This document shows, piece by piece, positions 12,148 to 23,640 of a stretch of DNA of 64,000 nt (the stretch's first letter is position 1; each line of letters begins with the position of its first letter). Position numbers and translations under genes: made by a program. The DNA is from Zygnema circumcarinatum SAG 698-1b. Lineage: Eukaryota; Plantae; Zygnematophyceae. The DNA lies in contig CM074806.1 of NCBI GenBank assembly GCA_037447605.1, positions 558,001 through 622,000 of the forward strand, in the 5' to 3' direction. The notes under the pieces were generated by a model. That model was given only the letters and a program-made list of their open reading frames with translations, was not told where the DNA came from and did no database searches.

Positions 12148-12695
12148 GTTGGATGAAACAACTGAGTGGCTCATCTGTATTGTTGGCCTGGCAGGGACTC
12201 GTGGTTTTCTTGAAGCCGGAGAAGGGCTCTCCGGCGCGCCTCGTCTGGACGCTCTACCACTCCCTCGCGGGCCACGCCACGATCGCCATCGGCGTCGCGA
12301 ACGTGCTCGTGGGGTTCCATGTGCTGGAGGTGACGTCACGCTCACTCGCACAGGGTTCGCTGGACTCGAAATTAAACATTTTTTTTTTTAATAAAATAAA
12401 ATAAAATTACAAAGGAAAGGAACGAAGTGTAGAACGGATGAAAAACCGAAACAGAAGAATGTTCTAAATTTTTTTTTTTTTTTGGGTTTCTTTGGGTGAT
12501 TTTTTTCCGCAGGGGTCCTCCGGTCCTTGGCGGAGCGCGTACATTGCGCTTTTGGCGACTCTGGGCGGCCTCGCCCTCATATTGGAGGCGGTCCTTTGGG
12601 TCCTTTTCTTTCTGAAGAGGGCAAAGAACCACGAGGAGCACACGCGGCTGAGGAAGCCCAATGACGTCATCATTCACTCATACAGTGACGCATGA
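9972..12695 (+). CDS. Cytochrome b561 and DOMON domain protein (CYBDOM) with signal peptide, two tandem AIR12-type DOMON domains and a Pro-rich linker
   Basis: Exons 9972-10658, 10866-11426, 11567-11812, 12195-12330, 12512-12695. Both DOMONs carry GW(I/V)AWGxN...SEMVxSS. The b561 part has AHGALSAIGWGIFIPVGGMIARY, WFYVHV, IHAILG and LYHSLAG. Intron 3 is GC-AG. Confidence 0.9.
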
Positions 12696-13267
12696 AGGAG
12701 GAGATGACTGGGCAATGCGGGGATTGGTTTTTAATGATGTATTATTTTTCATTGATTTTTAATTAATTTATTAATTATCTATAGATAATTAATAAATTAA
12801 TTAGTAATTATTTGTTTAGATTGATTGCTTTGGAAAGGTTGGGGTTATAGTTTTACTAGGGTCGATGAATTTTTAGAAATTTGAGATAGGGGAGATCGAT
12901 AAAAGGAGTAAGTTTGTAAACGAGAGATTCTTTTATATAATGTGAATTTATTTTTTATAGAGGATAGGCAATTTCAAAATGTGACCCTGCGCGCATTAAA
13001 TACCATTTCATTCCTCCAATTCACTTCATGGAACCCCAGTTTCAGTATTCAGTTTTCAGTTTCCAAGTCAGTTACCGAGAATATCACAGCCCATTTCCAT
13101 GCTGCAAATTTGGATTCAGATTCTTGTTTATAAGAGAAGGTTTTAAACCCGAACAAACCTTTCGGTTAACTGGTACAAAACCCATCCAAAGGCCAACAAC
13201 CATTGGTGGGCTGGTCCGCCAGTCGATTGTTCCAACCGTTGCATTGGCTCGATCGAACGGTCGAGAC

Positions 13268-13713
13268 TAGGGATGGCCCGCGTTATAAATTCCGAATATA
13301 TTATATAATTTACAACGGGTTTAAAATTAGTAATATATTACAAAGTAAAACACTTTATTACATATATTATACCCACTCGTTTTGAACAATATCCAACTCA
13401 GCTTGAAGCGGTAACTTCGTCACAGGTAACCGATACCTTTTGATAACTTTTGATTTGCTTTGCTTAGCTGGTCGTACGGTCGTACGGTCGTACCATACCA
13501 AAATTAGGTCGTTTTGGCGTTGGCGTTGCGAAATGCGTTCGTCTGGTTTTTTCTGTCTGCTCGTGCTCGGGCCGCATAATACCGTACAGTCGTACAACCA
13601 TACGACCGTACATGTTGTAAAGGCGTTGTAAATTAATATATATCAGCCGTTATCTAGTCGTCACAGTTGTATAATATAATATATATTATATAGTCGTAAC
13701 TAATCCATCCCTA
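13268..13713. mobile_element. hAT-family MITE (non-autonomous), copy 1
   Basis: TIRs TAGGGATGG/CCATCCCTA resemble Ac/Ds ends; perfect 8-bp TSD GTCGAGAC at 13260-13267 and 13714-13721; subterminal cgtacg repeats. Confidence 0.93.
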
Positions 13714-14244
13714 GTCGAGACTTGGCTGCACGTTGCCACGTCAGCATCTAGTCGGCCGGCAGACGGTTGTAGGCCGGCTACCGTACAATCTAGATGGACT
13801 CCGGGCGGGAGTTTTGTCGTGACTGTAGCGTTTCAATGCAAAAAGCGCATCACGGCCGGCCGACATTTCTATGGCAAGCTCTGATTGGTATGCTGACGTG
13901 GCACGTAGATCTAGTCTTTGCCACGTGCTCCTGACCTCTCTATGAAACAAACACAGTTCAACATTTGTTTCACTGCACAGAACTGTAACATTTGTTTCAT
14001 GTCACAACGTTACAGCTGTCATTGAAAACTGGATCGCATGTATTCTGAAGCATGTAGTCTTGAGACGAACAGCTTCTACCGCTGCTCCGTAAAACATGGC
14101 CTACACGGGGTCGCACATGGAATTGTTCTCTTGGCGGGAAGTGAGCAGCAAGGGCTACGCCACGTGTCGCGCCGTCATCGCCTCTCCCCTCCCTCCATCC
14201 CTCTCGCACTCCCTCCCTCCCTCCCTCCCTCCCTCCCTCCCGCC

Positions 14245-17200
14245 ATGGCTGCCGCTGCAATCTGCTCGCCATGGCGGACTCCCACTTCTTTCTCCCTCTC
14301 GTCCCCCTCCTCCTCCTCCTCCTCCGGCCATTCGACTCTCTCCATGGCTGCCAGGAGCGGCGGCTCCGGCGTCGCCTTGGCCATGGCGGCAGGAAGGAAG
14401 GGTTTAGGGTTTAGCAGTCACGGCGGAGTCTTAGGGTTTTCGTTTTCTCACAGCCCTATGATTAAGGTTTCAAAGGGATGGCGCCATGGCGGTGTCGGAG
14501 TGCAGGCCGTGGCGGGAGGAGGGAAGGGTCTGAGCGGCTCCGAGATGCGAGAGGCTGCAGAGCAGATGGTATTAAAGATTTTCATTTATTTTTGAGTGAA
14601 TGCATGTGAACATGGAGGCTGATTGTGCGCACCATTTAGGGTTAGGGTTGCTGTTAGAGAGCATGAAACAGAGACATGGGTTCTGAATCTATTTTTTTCC
14701 TCGTTCTATTATGCGTGCAGGTCAACTTTTTTGTGGAAAGTGGTATGGTGATCGGTTTGGGCAGTGGCCCCATCTCCGCGGAGGCAATTCGATACATCGG
14801 AGAGAGCCTCCGCGAAGGGAAGCTGCGCGATGTGAGAGGTGTGCCCATGTAGGTTCGCGCACACCCCAAAAGGTCCATGGAATGTGAACGGGCAGTCAAG
14901 CAATCCCAGTCCATTTCTCGGTCCCCTTCTTGCCCGAGAAAAACTTTGTCAAGCTTGTTGAAAATTGTTAGTACTGCTCATATTGTTAAAATGGTTGAAG
15001 TTGTTGAAGTTGTTACCATGCATGTGAGTAACCCTAAAAGCCCATTTGGCTTCTCTCTCTCTCTCTCTCGCTCTCTCTCTCATCCTTACGCCTTCTACAG
15101 GGCCAGCCTGGCAGGTCTTCTGTGAGTGCTTCGGAGGCAGCCAAAGTGGGCCTTCCTCTCTGCACTCTCGAGACAAACCCTAAAGTGAGGCCAAACCCTA
15201 ATTCAGCCAGACCCCATACATGTGAAGGCAATCCGTGACTTGTTTCTCTGATTATTCCGCCCTCTTCGCAGCTTTTGAAGCTGTTTGAGAAGCGAACGTA
15301 CTTCTCAAATTATGTTTATTTTCTTTAAGATGAAGGAACAATTCAGCAGACATGCAGGGTTGATGAATTGTAGGGTTTTGGAGGGCTTTGAAAGGGAGTT
15401 TATTGTATTATCTTTCATATTTTTATTTTTACTTTATGGGGTGGGTGATGCAGCTGAGCTTGGCCTTCACGGATGCGGATTTAGTGCAAGAAGGGACTCT
15501 GTACGGCGTGCTGGGGAGGAGGGGAGGGCTCGGCAGGGAGTCCATAGTGAAAGAGAAGGTGAGGGGAGAGAGAGGGAGAGAGGGGGAGAGAGAGAGGGAG
15601 CATTGGAACTAAATGTCCTGAATTTCCTGTTGTATCATTCTCTCTCTCGCACTCTCTGTCTCTTTCCCGTATCATCTCTCCGCTCTCTGTCTTTTTGTCC
15701 TCTTTATCGCCCCCTCTCTCCACTCTCTCGACACTCTATCAACGATTCCATCACTATTCATCTATTTTGCAGAGCGTCGCTGAGTCAGCAGAGCAATTTG
15801 TATTTTTGGTGGCGGAAGAGAATTTTGTGGAAAAATTGGATGGTTCGGTGCCCGTTGTCATTCGGCCAGTGAGTAAAAACTCTGTTGAATCTCTCTGATT
15901 TTTGTCAATTTTTCATTTTCCTCGTATACTGGATACTTGCAAATTTCATCCAGCGGTATTCGTCTCAAAGGAACAGAAGTTGATTATACGCTGGTGAAGT
16001 TGGGAGTCCATTTTCTTTTGGGATATTTTCATATATTTATTGGTTGCTCATATTTTTCCGGGACTTGGGCCGACAGGAAAGCTGGCTGGATGTAGCGGAA
16101 GAGATTGATGACTGCTTCTTAGGAGATGCAGAGGTTTGATCTCTCTCTATCTCTCTCTCCCTCTCCCCTCTCTCCCTCTCGCCCTCTCCCTTTTTCCCTG
16201 TCTCCCTCTCTCCTCTCTCCCTCTCGCCCTCTCCCTTTTTCCCTGACTCCCTCTCTCCCTCTCTCCCGTTCTCCCTCTCTCCCTCTCTCCTTCTCTCTCT
16301 TTCTCCCTCTCCCTCTCTCCCTCTCTCCCTCTCTCCCTCTCCCACTCTCCCTCCCTCCCTCTCTCCCTCTCTCCCTCTCTCCCTCTCTCCCTCNNNNNNN
16401 NNNCCCCCCCCCCCCCCCCCCCCCCCCTGATGAAGCGCCATTCTCATCTTACCCCTAAACCGCCTCTTGGTTTTAAAACTGAAAATCCCAATATTTTGGT
16501 CCCTAGAATTTCTCAAAGTCCCTTTGTTCCATTTCAGGTCTGGCGGAGGCCCTCTATTGGAACCGCGGGACCGCTCGGCGGCGACTTCCCATTGGTCACT
16601 GAGCACGGCCACTTTGTGCTTGACGTCATCTTCACCACTCCCATTGAGGACCCAGGTGCCTCCCTTTCCTGCTCAACCCTACAACCCTAAAACCCTGCAA
16701 TCCTAAAACCCCTACAACCCTAAAACCCTGAAACCCTAAACCTCAAAACCCTAAACCTAAAACTTTGCAGAAGTCTATCCCAGAGGAGTTAATATTCTAA
16801 GGCCAATGGTTCAGTTTTAGGGTTTTGATATGGCTGCGCGGGAGGGAGGGAGCAGGGGAGACGGCGGAGCTGCTGGAGGGCATTGCGGGCGTTGTGGAGC
16901 ACGGCCTCCTGCTGGACCGCGTGTGAGAGGACCGGGGGGACCCTTAAACTCTAAACCTTGACAACTGGCAACTCTAAAACCCTGCAACCCTTAAAATTAA
17001 ACAAACTTTAAAGATCAAGGAAAAGGAAAGGACCCTGACGACCCTTCAACCCTAATTCCTTAACTACTTTACAGAGTCCGAGACGCCGTAGCTTGCATGG
17101 TATCACTTGAAGTACTTATTGCTGACAAACCCTAAAGTCTATACTCTCAACTCTCAACCCTCAACCTTAAACCCTCCACCGTGAACCCTGAACCCTGAAC

Positions 17201-17557
17201 CCTGAACCCTGAACCCTGACCCCTGAACCCTAAACCCTGAACCCTGAACCCTAAACCCTGAACCCTGAACCCTGAATCCTGAACCCTGACCCCTGAACCC
17301 GAAACCCTGAACCCTGAACCCTGAACCCTGACCCCTGAACCCTGACCCCTAAACCCTGGACCCTGAACCCTGACCCCTGAACCCTGACCCCTGAACCCTG
17401 AACCCTGAACCCTGACCCCTGAACCCTGAACCCTGAACCCTGAACCCTTGTCCTTTTGAAATGGTGCAGGTATGCGGCCGCCGTCGGTGGGAAGGACGGA
17501 GTGAAGATAAGGACTTCCCTCTTCAGGCAGGCGTTCACCTCCAAGAATTCCTGGTGA
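14245..17557 (+). CDS. RPI4: Plastid ribose-5-phosphate isomerase 4-like (RpiA family, divergent multi-intron clade)
   Basis: Transit-peptide exon 1, then [92 protein letters not shown] and GVVEHGL, matching recalled Arabidopsis RPI4. The last exon (about 17470-17557) is inferred from splice phase. Confidence 0.88.
17127..17447. repeat. Telomere-variant array dominated by (GAACCCT)n in the last RPI4 intron
   Basis: Near-pure ctgaacc/ctgaccc units from about 17183 to 17447. Confidence 0.92.
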
Positions 17558-18125
17558 CTTTATCGAATGCATTTTTTTTTAGTTTCCTTTTTCATTTCTA
17601 GCCCACCAGCTCACTTGTCACATAAACGGTGTGAAAATAAAGAGTCCATGGGAGGATACAAGCGTCGTTCCATGAGCTATTGGGCGTCTACGTGACAGGC
17701 ATTCATCGCCAGCGCTTAGAGAAGGAAGTGGGGACAAAAATATGAAATCCCTTTCTTCCTGAATATATATTTTTCATTTCTAATTTGTCATTTTTGGCTT
17801 AAGAAAGTTACTTTTTCACTCAGTGTGAAGTTCTGTGTGTTCCTTTTGCTATGATGTTTAAACATGAGTGTCAAACACCAAGTGGTTGAGAAAAATCTTT
17901 TCCGTTTTGTACATATCTCCGTCATAGTTCCATGCTTTCAGTTGCGTGTCAGCGCATGCGTTTCTATGAGAATGATTTAGTTCAAAGGTGGCTCAAACCC
18001 TAAAATCCCAAATCCCCAGACAGCTGCGATAAACCTCATCACCTGTTTAACAATTTTTTCAACAGCATCCCCAAGAAAAAAATTGATGAAAAGGACATAA
18101 ATTTCATCAAACTATCTATGTACAC

Positions 18126-18606
18126 TGAACCCTAGACACTAAACCCCAGACCCCAAATCCCAGACCATAGAAAGCCCCGTGCGCTAAACCCTAGACCTTG
18201 GATCTTAGGCCCTGGACCTGAGACCCTAGACCCTAGACCCTAGACCCTAGACTCTAGACCCTAGACCCTAGACCCTAGACCCTAGACCCTAGACCCTAGA
18301 CCCTAGACCCTAGACACTAGACCCTAGACCCTAGATCCTAGACCCTAGATCCTAGATCCTAGACCCTAGATCCTAGACCCTAGACCCTAGACCCTACCCC
18401 AGACCTAAACCCTAAACCCTAGACCCTGGACCCTAAACCCTAGACCGTGGACCTTAGACCCTAGACCCAAGACCCTAGACCCTGGACCCTAGACCCAAGA
18501 CCCTAGACCCTGGACCCTAGACCCTGGACCTTAGACCCTGGACCCTAGACCCTGGACCTTAGACCCTAGACCCTAGACCCTTGACCCTAAAACCCTAAAC
18601 CCTAGC
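18126..18606. repeat. Telomere-variant array dominated by (AGACCCT)n between the convergent RPI4 and NF-YC13-like genes
   Basis: Near-pure tagaccc/tggaccc units; ends about 12 nt from the NF-YC13-like stop codon. Confidence 0.92.
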
Positions 18607-18617
18607 CCCTGGAGGCG

Positions 18618-19983
18618 TTACGTGTGCTTTGAGAAGAAGCCGGTGATGAGGCGCGACCTCGCGGGAGGCGAACTTTGAAACTTGTGCGCGCGCTTCCTTG
18701 GGGCGTCGTTCGATGGCAGACCTTCACATGCGCCTCCGTTCCGTTCTCCATCACTCAACGAATCTCCAACGCAATCCCTACACAAGGAAGGACCCATTTG
18801 GGGCGCATATGAAGTCAGTTCAGTTCAACGGAACTTGAAAACTGATTCATGGAACCCTTTTTTTTTTTTTAAATTAATTATGTAAGGGACTTCAACAATT
18901 GACCTGAAGCGCTTGTGCGCTCCAAAAGTTTGGAGGATGTCGGCCCGGCTCAGCCCTCGGCGCTTGCGGGATACTGATATTTGGTGGGCCGACTCCGCCA
19001 CGGAGGCAAGAAACAGTTCTGCGCAAACCCAAGGCCATGACGACGGTTTCCATCATACAATAAGTCAAATCAACATTTCTTTGATGGAAAGCAAAAGAAA
19101 ATTCAAATAATTTTCCGAATGTAGACAGAGGTTGAGGTGATGAACCTCCCCTTAATAAGCAAACATTAAATATACACACGCACATATATATATAAAGATA
19201 TACATAGATTTTCGTGGTTTATATATGCTCTCCCAGGTTCAACCCCCTACTTTCTCCTCCCCCGTCCTACCTTTCCCCTTTTTTTTTTTTGTTTTGTTTT
19301 TATAAAATTTCACCTGTGGCTACGCCGACAAGCTTCACCGCCTCAGCGGACACGTGGCGCACATCCGGGTCGACCCGCATGATCCGCTTCACCCGTCCAC
19401 TTTGAAACTGCCACGTGGCGCCCTCTGATTCGTTCTGCCCCTCGTCAAGTTGACCGGCAGGGACGTCAGAGTCAGCAACGGCCGCATTTTCTGCATCAAA
19501 TAAGGGAATCAGTGAGAACGATGAAAAATTTAACAATGCTGAGAGAAAAAAAATGATGAGGGAAAAAAGAAAGCAATGTTTCTTGCGTCTCCAGAAGAAT
19601 ATAACCCTAATTTCAAATTTCTAATCCATGAAGCCCCAAAACCCCAAGCCTCAGATAACCTAATTCTAAGAAATCTAATACCCAAACCCTCAGCCTAAAC
19701 ACAAAACCCTAGACCCTCAGCCTAAACCCTAAACCCTAATCCCCAACCCTACATCCCAAACCCTAATGCTAATCCTAAATCCTAATGCTAAACCCTAAAC
19801 TCTAAATCTTTAATTTCGAACCCTCATTTCTGAACCCTAAGCCTATCCTAAGTCCCAAGCCCTGTACCTCTCCTAAACCCTCAACCCTAACCCTAAATTT
19901 TCACCTTCCGAGGGCTCCCCATCGCCTGCTTCCTCTCCCTCCTCCGCTCTCGCCTCCGCCTCCGTCTCTTCCGCAGCGCTCAT
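18618..19983 (-). CDS. Histone-fold protein, NF-YC13 / DNA polymerase epsilon DPB3 (POLE4)-like; 4 exons
   Basis: Exons 19905-19983, 19314-19490, 18904-19018, 18618-18777 join in frame: QFQSGRVKRIMRVDPDVRHVSAEAVKLVGVATELFLASVAESA...SRLITGFFSKHT. This resembles recalled Arabidopsis NF-YC13 (FPIGRVKKIMKLD...TELFL...RRIDDFFSK). Confidence 0.82.
19630..19900. repeat. Degenerate telomere-like tract in intron 1 of the histone-fold gene
   Basis: aaaccct/aaccct variants begin a few nt after the minus-strand donor at 19904. Confidence 0.8.
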
Positions 19984-20574
19984 TAGATCTCAAAATTTCA
20001 GAGAGAGAGAGAGAGAAAGTAGAGGCTTCAGGATTACCAGGTCCTTTAATATCTGCCAAAAGCCTTTTTAACCCTTATTTTTAAATCCCAAATTTATGCT
20101 ACTTTTTTTAGCATACGTAAGAACCTCCTCAAACCCTAAAAAGGGCCCGGCCAAGTTTTGGGAGTGGGCGTCCGAATTCAAAATTTGGCGGGAAAAGTTC
20201 GCCGGGCAGCTGAAGTTCGGCAAGGAAAGTAAATAATTGCGTCTGTACGGACAGAGTTACTGTACGAAGCATGGAACCGCGTCGCACACGACGGCGAAAT
20301 TGGGCATGGAACCGCGCCAAAAGTTTGTTGAGTTTTTTGTTTTTTTGTTTTGAAGCCTATGCCCTTGGGTGGATGACGCGGGTGTTGTAGGGTTAAGGGT
20401 TTAAGGTTTAGGGGTTAGGGGCCTTTCAAAGTTAGGGCTTTGTACCGTAAAACCGAGCAGGTTGAGAAATTGAGAAACGAGTTTACTTAATTTCTCAATT
20501 CTCAATCTTATTGACGAGGGTTGAACCTTGAACACTCGAGGTTGAAACTTTTTCGATTTAAGAAAGCGACAAGT

Positions 20575-21341
20575 TTTCACAGTTCGGACCAGTGGATCGG
20601 CAACCATTGGACAACCATTGGATGGCAATGGTTGGACGTCTACTGGTTGGCAACCAGTCGACTGGTTGTTTCGGTCCGCAACCACTGGTTGGCAACCATT
20701 CGACTGGTTTGGAACCAGTGGATGCCACTGGTTGGCAACCAGTCGAATGGTTGTTTCGATCTGGCGGCACTGGTTGGCAACCAGTCGAATGGTTGTTTCG
20801 ATCTGGCGGCACTGGTTGGCAACCAGTCGAATGGTTATATCCATTAAATCAAATGGTTGGCAACCATTAAATCACTAGTTGTAGCGAACTGAACGCTACA
20901 GCTACCAAAATGCCGTCGGCGTTTCGGAAAAAACTATTACGGTTAGGCCGTACAGCATCTCCGTACAATCGTACGACTAGGCTGTACGAATCCGTACGCA
21001 TCTGTACGCATCAGGCTTGTTACACTAGTTGTCAACGGTTGGCAACCCACCAAAAAACACATACGACCCATTTTTGCAAAAAGGCATAATTTCAGAAATT
21101 CAATGGTTGCCAACCATTGGATCACTGGTTCCGAACCAGTCGAATGGTTGTTTCAGTCCTGCGCCACTGGTTGGCAACCAGTCGAATGGTTGTTTCGATC
21201 CGGCGGCACTGGTTGGCAACCAGTCGAATGGTTGTTTCGATCCGGCGGCACTGGTTGGCAACCAGTCGAATGGTTGTTTCGGTCCGCAACCACTGGTTGC
21301 CAACCAGTCGACTGGTTTGTCTAATGGTCCGATCTGTGCAA
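20575..21341. mobile_element. Foldback/MITE-like element with internal 42-bp tandem repeats, each carrying a 17-bp palindrome
   Basis: Imperfect terminal inverted repeat TTTCACAGTTCGGACCAGTGG versus the reverse complement of 21321-21341. Unit actggttggcaaccagtcgaatggttgtttcgatctggcggc occurs in two blocks (about 20640-20870 and 21100-21320). Related copy at 50915-51137. Confidence 0.65.
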
Positions 21342-21844
21342 GTTTTATAGGAAAACTTCAAAGACTCAATGTGATCGGTCGCACGTGTAGATTCCACTTT
21401 TTGCCACGTTGCATCCGTGCGATTCGAGGGATCCGGCTAACCCGGAACCCATTTTTTTCGTACGACTTTTCCCTTGATCAGATCAACGATTTCTGTACGG
21501 ACAACTGGGTCCACGCGCTTTTCGATCCGCTAAAATCTCATTGTCGATCGGTGGACCCAAGGAAAACTCAGATTAGAACAAGAACGATAATTAATTGTTC
21601 AATTCTCAATTGGTTCTCCACAAAAATTGTATTAAGAAATAAAATTAGGAATTCATTTCTTATTTCTCAAACTGAATCGTATTCACACATATAAGGTTTG
21701 TTTTTGAGAAATTGGTTTTGAAGGTTTGTTTTTTTGCGTTGCCGTAGGCAAAAAAGCTTTGTCATCGTTTTCATCCGTACGACGGGTTCGATTAGGTTGT
21801 CAAAGATGAATTTAATGAAAATGGGGTATAGTTGCCGCGAGTCT

Positions 21845-22275
21845 GACGTTGCCACGTCGCGCGTCCGGATTTGTTGTGCGTTTCGTTGGATCGAATGCGC
21901 AGAAAATGGGGTATATCGCGTACCCATTCAGTCATTGCCACGTGTCGTTTTCTACGTACGACAGCGTTCGGTTTGAATGTTTTACGGGACCTATTGTTGT
22001 AAATAGGGTATGTGTCGCAGCGTGTTTAAAGTGGCCACGTGGTGCATTCTTATTGGTTCAGCACTTTGTGTGGATCTAATGTACAGTAATTTGGGTATAT
22101 GGATAACCAGTCAGTTATTGCCACGTATCCCTTTTCTTTTTTTTTGGATCGTCGAACGGAATGAGGTATACCTCTTATCCAGTCAGAAATTGCCACGTGG
22201 GTGCTGTAGTGTGTTTTTGGATCGTTTGTAGGAAATGGGGTATGTCGCTTATCCAGTCAGGTGTTGCCACGTAGC
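21845..22275. repeat. Degenerate 72-97-bp tandem repeat, each unit with a GCCACGT (G-box/ABRE-like) core
   Basis: GCCACGT at 21851, 21937, 22034, 22120, 22192, 22266; most are preceded by a gggtat-like motif and cagtca. Confidence 0.7.
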
Positions 22276-22301
22276 CCTAAAATGGGAAAAAAACCAAAAA
22301 A

Positions 22302-22571
22302 AAACCACACACAAACTGCGAAGACAGAATGAGGCCTCATTCTGTCGTCGCAGTTTGTGTGTGGTTTAAAAAAAAAAACATAATCAATCTAAATATTACA
22401 ACATGAGGCCTCATGTTGTAATATTTACGCATGTAACAGTCAGTTATTGCCACACACAAACTGCGAAGACAGAATGAGGCCTCATTCTGTCGTCGAAGTT
22501 TGTGTGTGGTTTAAAAAAAAAAACATAATCAATCTAAATTTTACAACATGAGGACTCATATTGTATTAATT

Positions 22572-22572
<1 letters not shown>
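22302..22572. repeat. Duplicated cassette of two loop-less palindromes sharing the core ATGAGGCCTCAT
   Basis: 66-bp palindrome at 22302-22367 (1 mismatch) and perfect 38-bp palindrome at 22390-22427; both are repeated, more degenerate, at about 22450-22572. Confidence 0.9.
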
Positions 22573-22603
<31 letters not shown>

Positions 22604-23640
22604 NNNNNNNNNNTTTTTTTTTTTTTTTTTTTTTTTTTTTGTTTGTAAATGTCACACACGCAAATACAGAATACGCGAGAATTTAATGGTGCGGAGGACC
22701 AAGTCAAATTTCGCCGGGCCTTACCTGCACGCTCGCAAACGCAGCCGGCCGGATCGCGCCGCCTTCGCAAACGAAGGCAGGCCGTACGGCCGTCTGCGAG
22801 GCTCAAAGAGCGGCTAGGCGCCGAACTCATGTCCGTACCGTACCAACAGCACCAAACCGTACCAACGTACCGTTGGATGACGAACACGGCAATTTGCCAA
22901 CTGTAACTGTGACTGTAACTGAGCGACAAAGAGCACGACATTGAATATCGGCTTTGTCCTGATGTAAAAGCCGAATATCTCCGCTGTCGCCTAGCGGCCA
23001 TGCCGACATTTTCAACTAGCGACCTGTCGTTTGGCGCAAGCCACAAATTCCGCCGCCCGATGTGCCAGCAACGTGACAGCATGCAGTACGGAATGTTGGT
23101 CCACCAGAGATCAGATCAAATTCTGCTGCCTGACTGGGTGCAAAAAACGACGAAAACGGGCGCTACGGGATGAGTTGATTACCCACGATCCTCGAAACTA
23201 TGACGTCAAAAAAACCGTCTAGCCGCGGTAAAATCCTTCGGTCGTCCTGGAGGCGCCGCAAATCTCTCGCGGCGGATCACGCATCGCACGGTCGCGAAAT
23301 GGGGCCGGGTCCATCCAGAGGTCATCATCGCGCCACGTCGGATATCATATTTTTATTTCTTTGAGCTGAAGTAACCTGGGTTTTTCCTGATGGTGACGCG
23401 GCGCATTCTCATTTCCAGGAAATTCTATCATACCAGTCTCTGAATTCGGTATTTAGTGCTCGGAAAATATTTTGTCTTTTCGGCCGGCCATTCATTATTT
23501 TGCCTCTGAACGTACACCGCAAGCCTCACCGCAGCCAATCAGTGACCTCGCTTGATCTGTGACGTGGCATGACTCCCATTGACCATACATATTCCGTGCG
23601 TGAAGCAGTGGGCCTACCGGGCGGGCGGCCTTGTCCTGAT

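Noticed and set aside
20575-21341. CRISPR-like appearance of palindromic repeats with intervening sequence (also 8536-8885)
   Set aside because: The intervening segments are copies of each other rather than unique spacers, there are no cas genes, and the context is eukaryotic.
20401-21694. ORFs with 14-aa repeats (ALVGNQSNGCFD..., HWLATSRMVVSI...)
   Set aside because: Open in several frames on both strands because of the 42-bp DNA repeat; no coding evidence.
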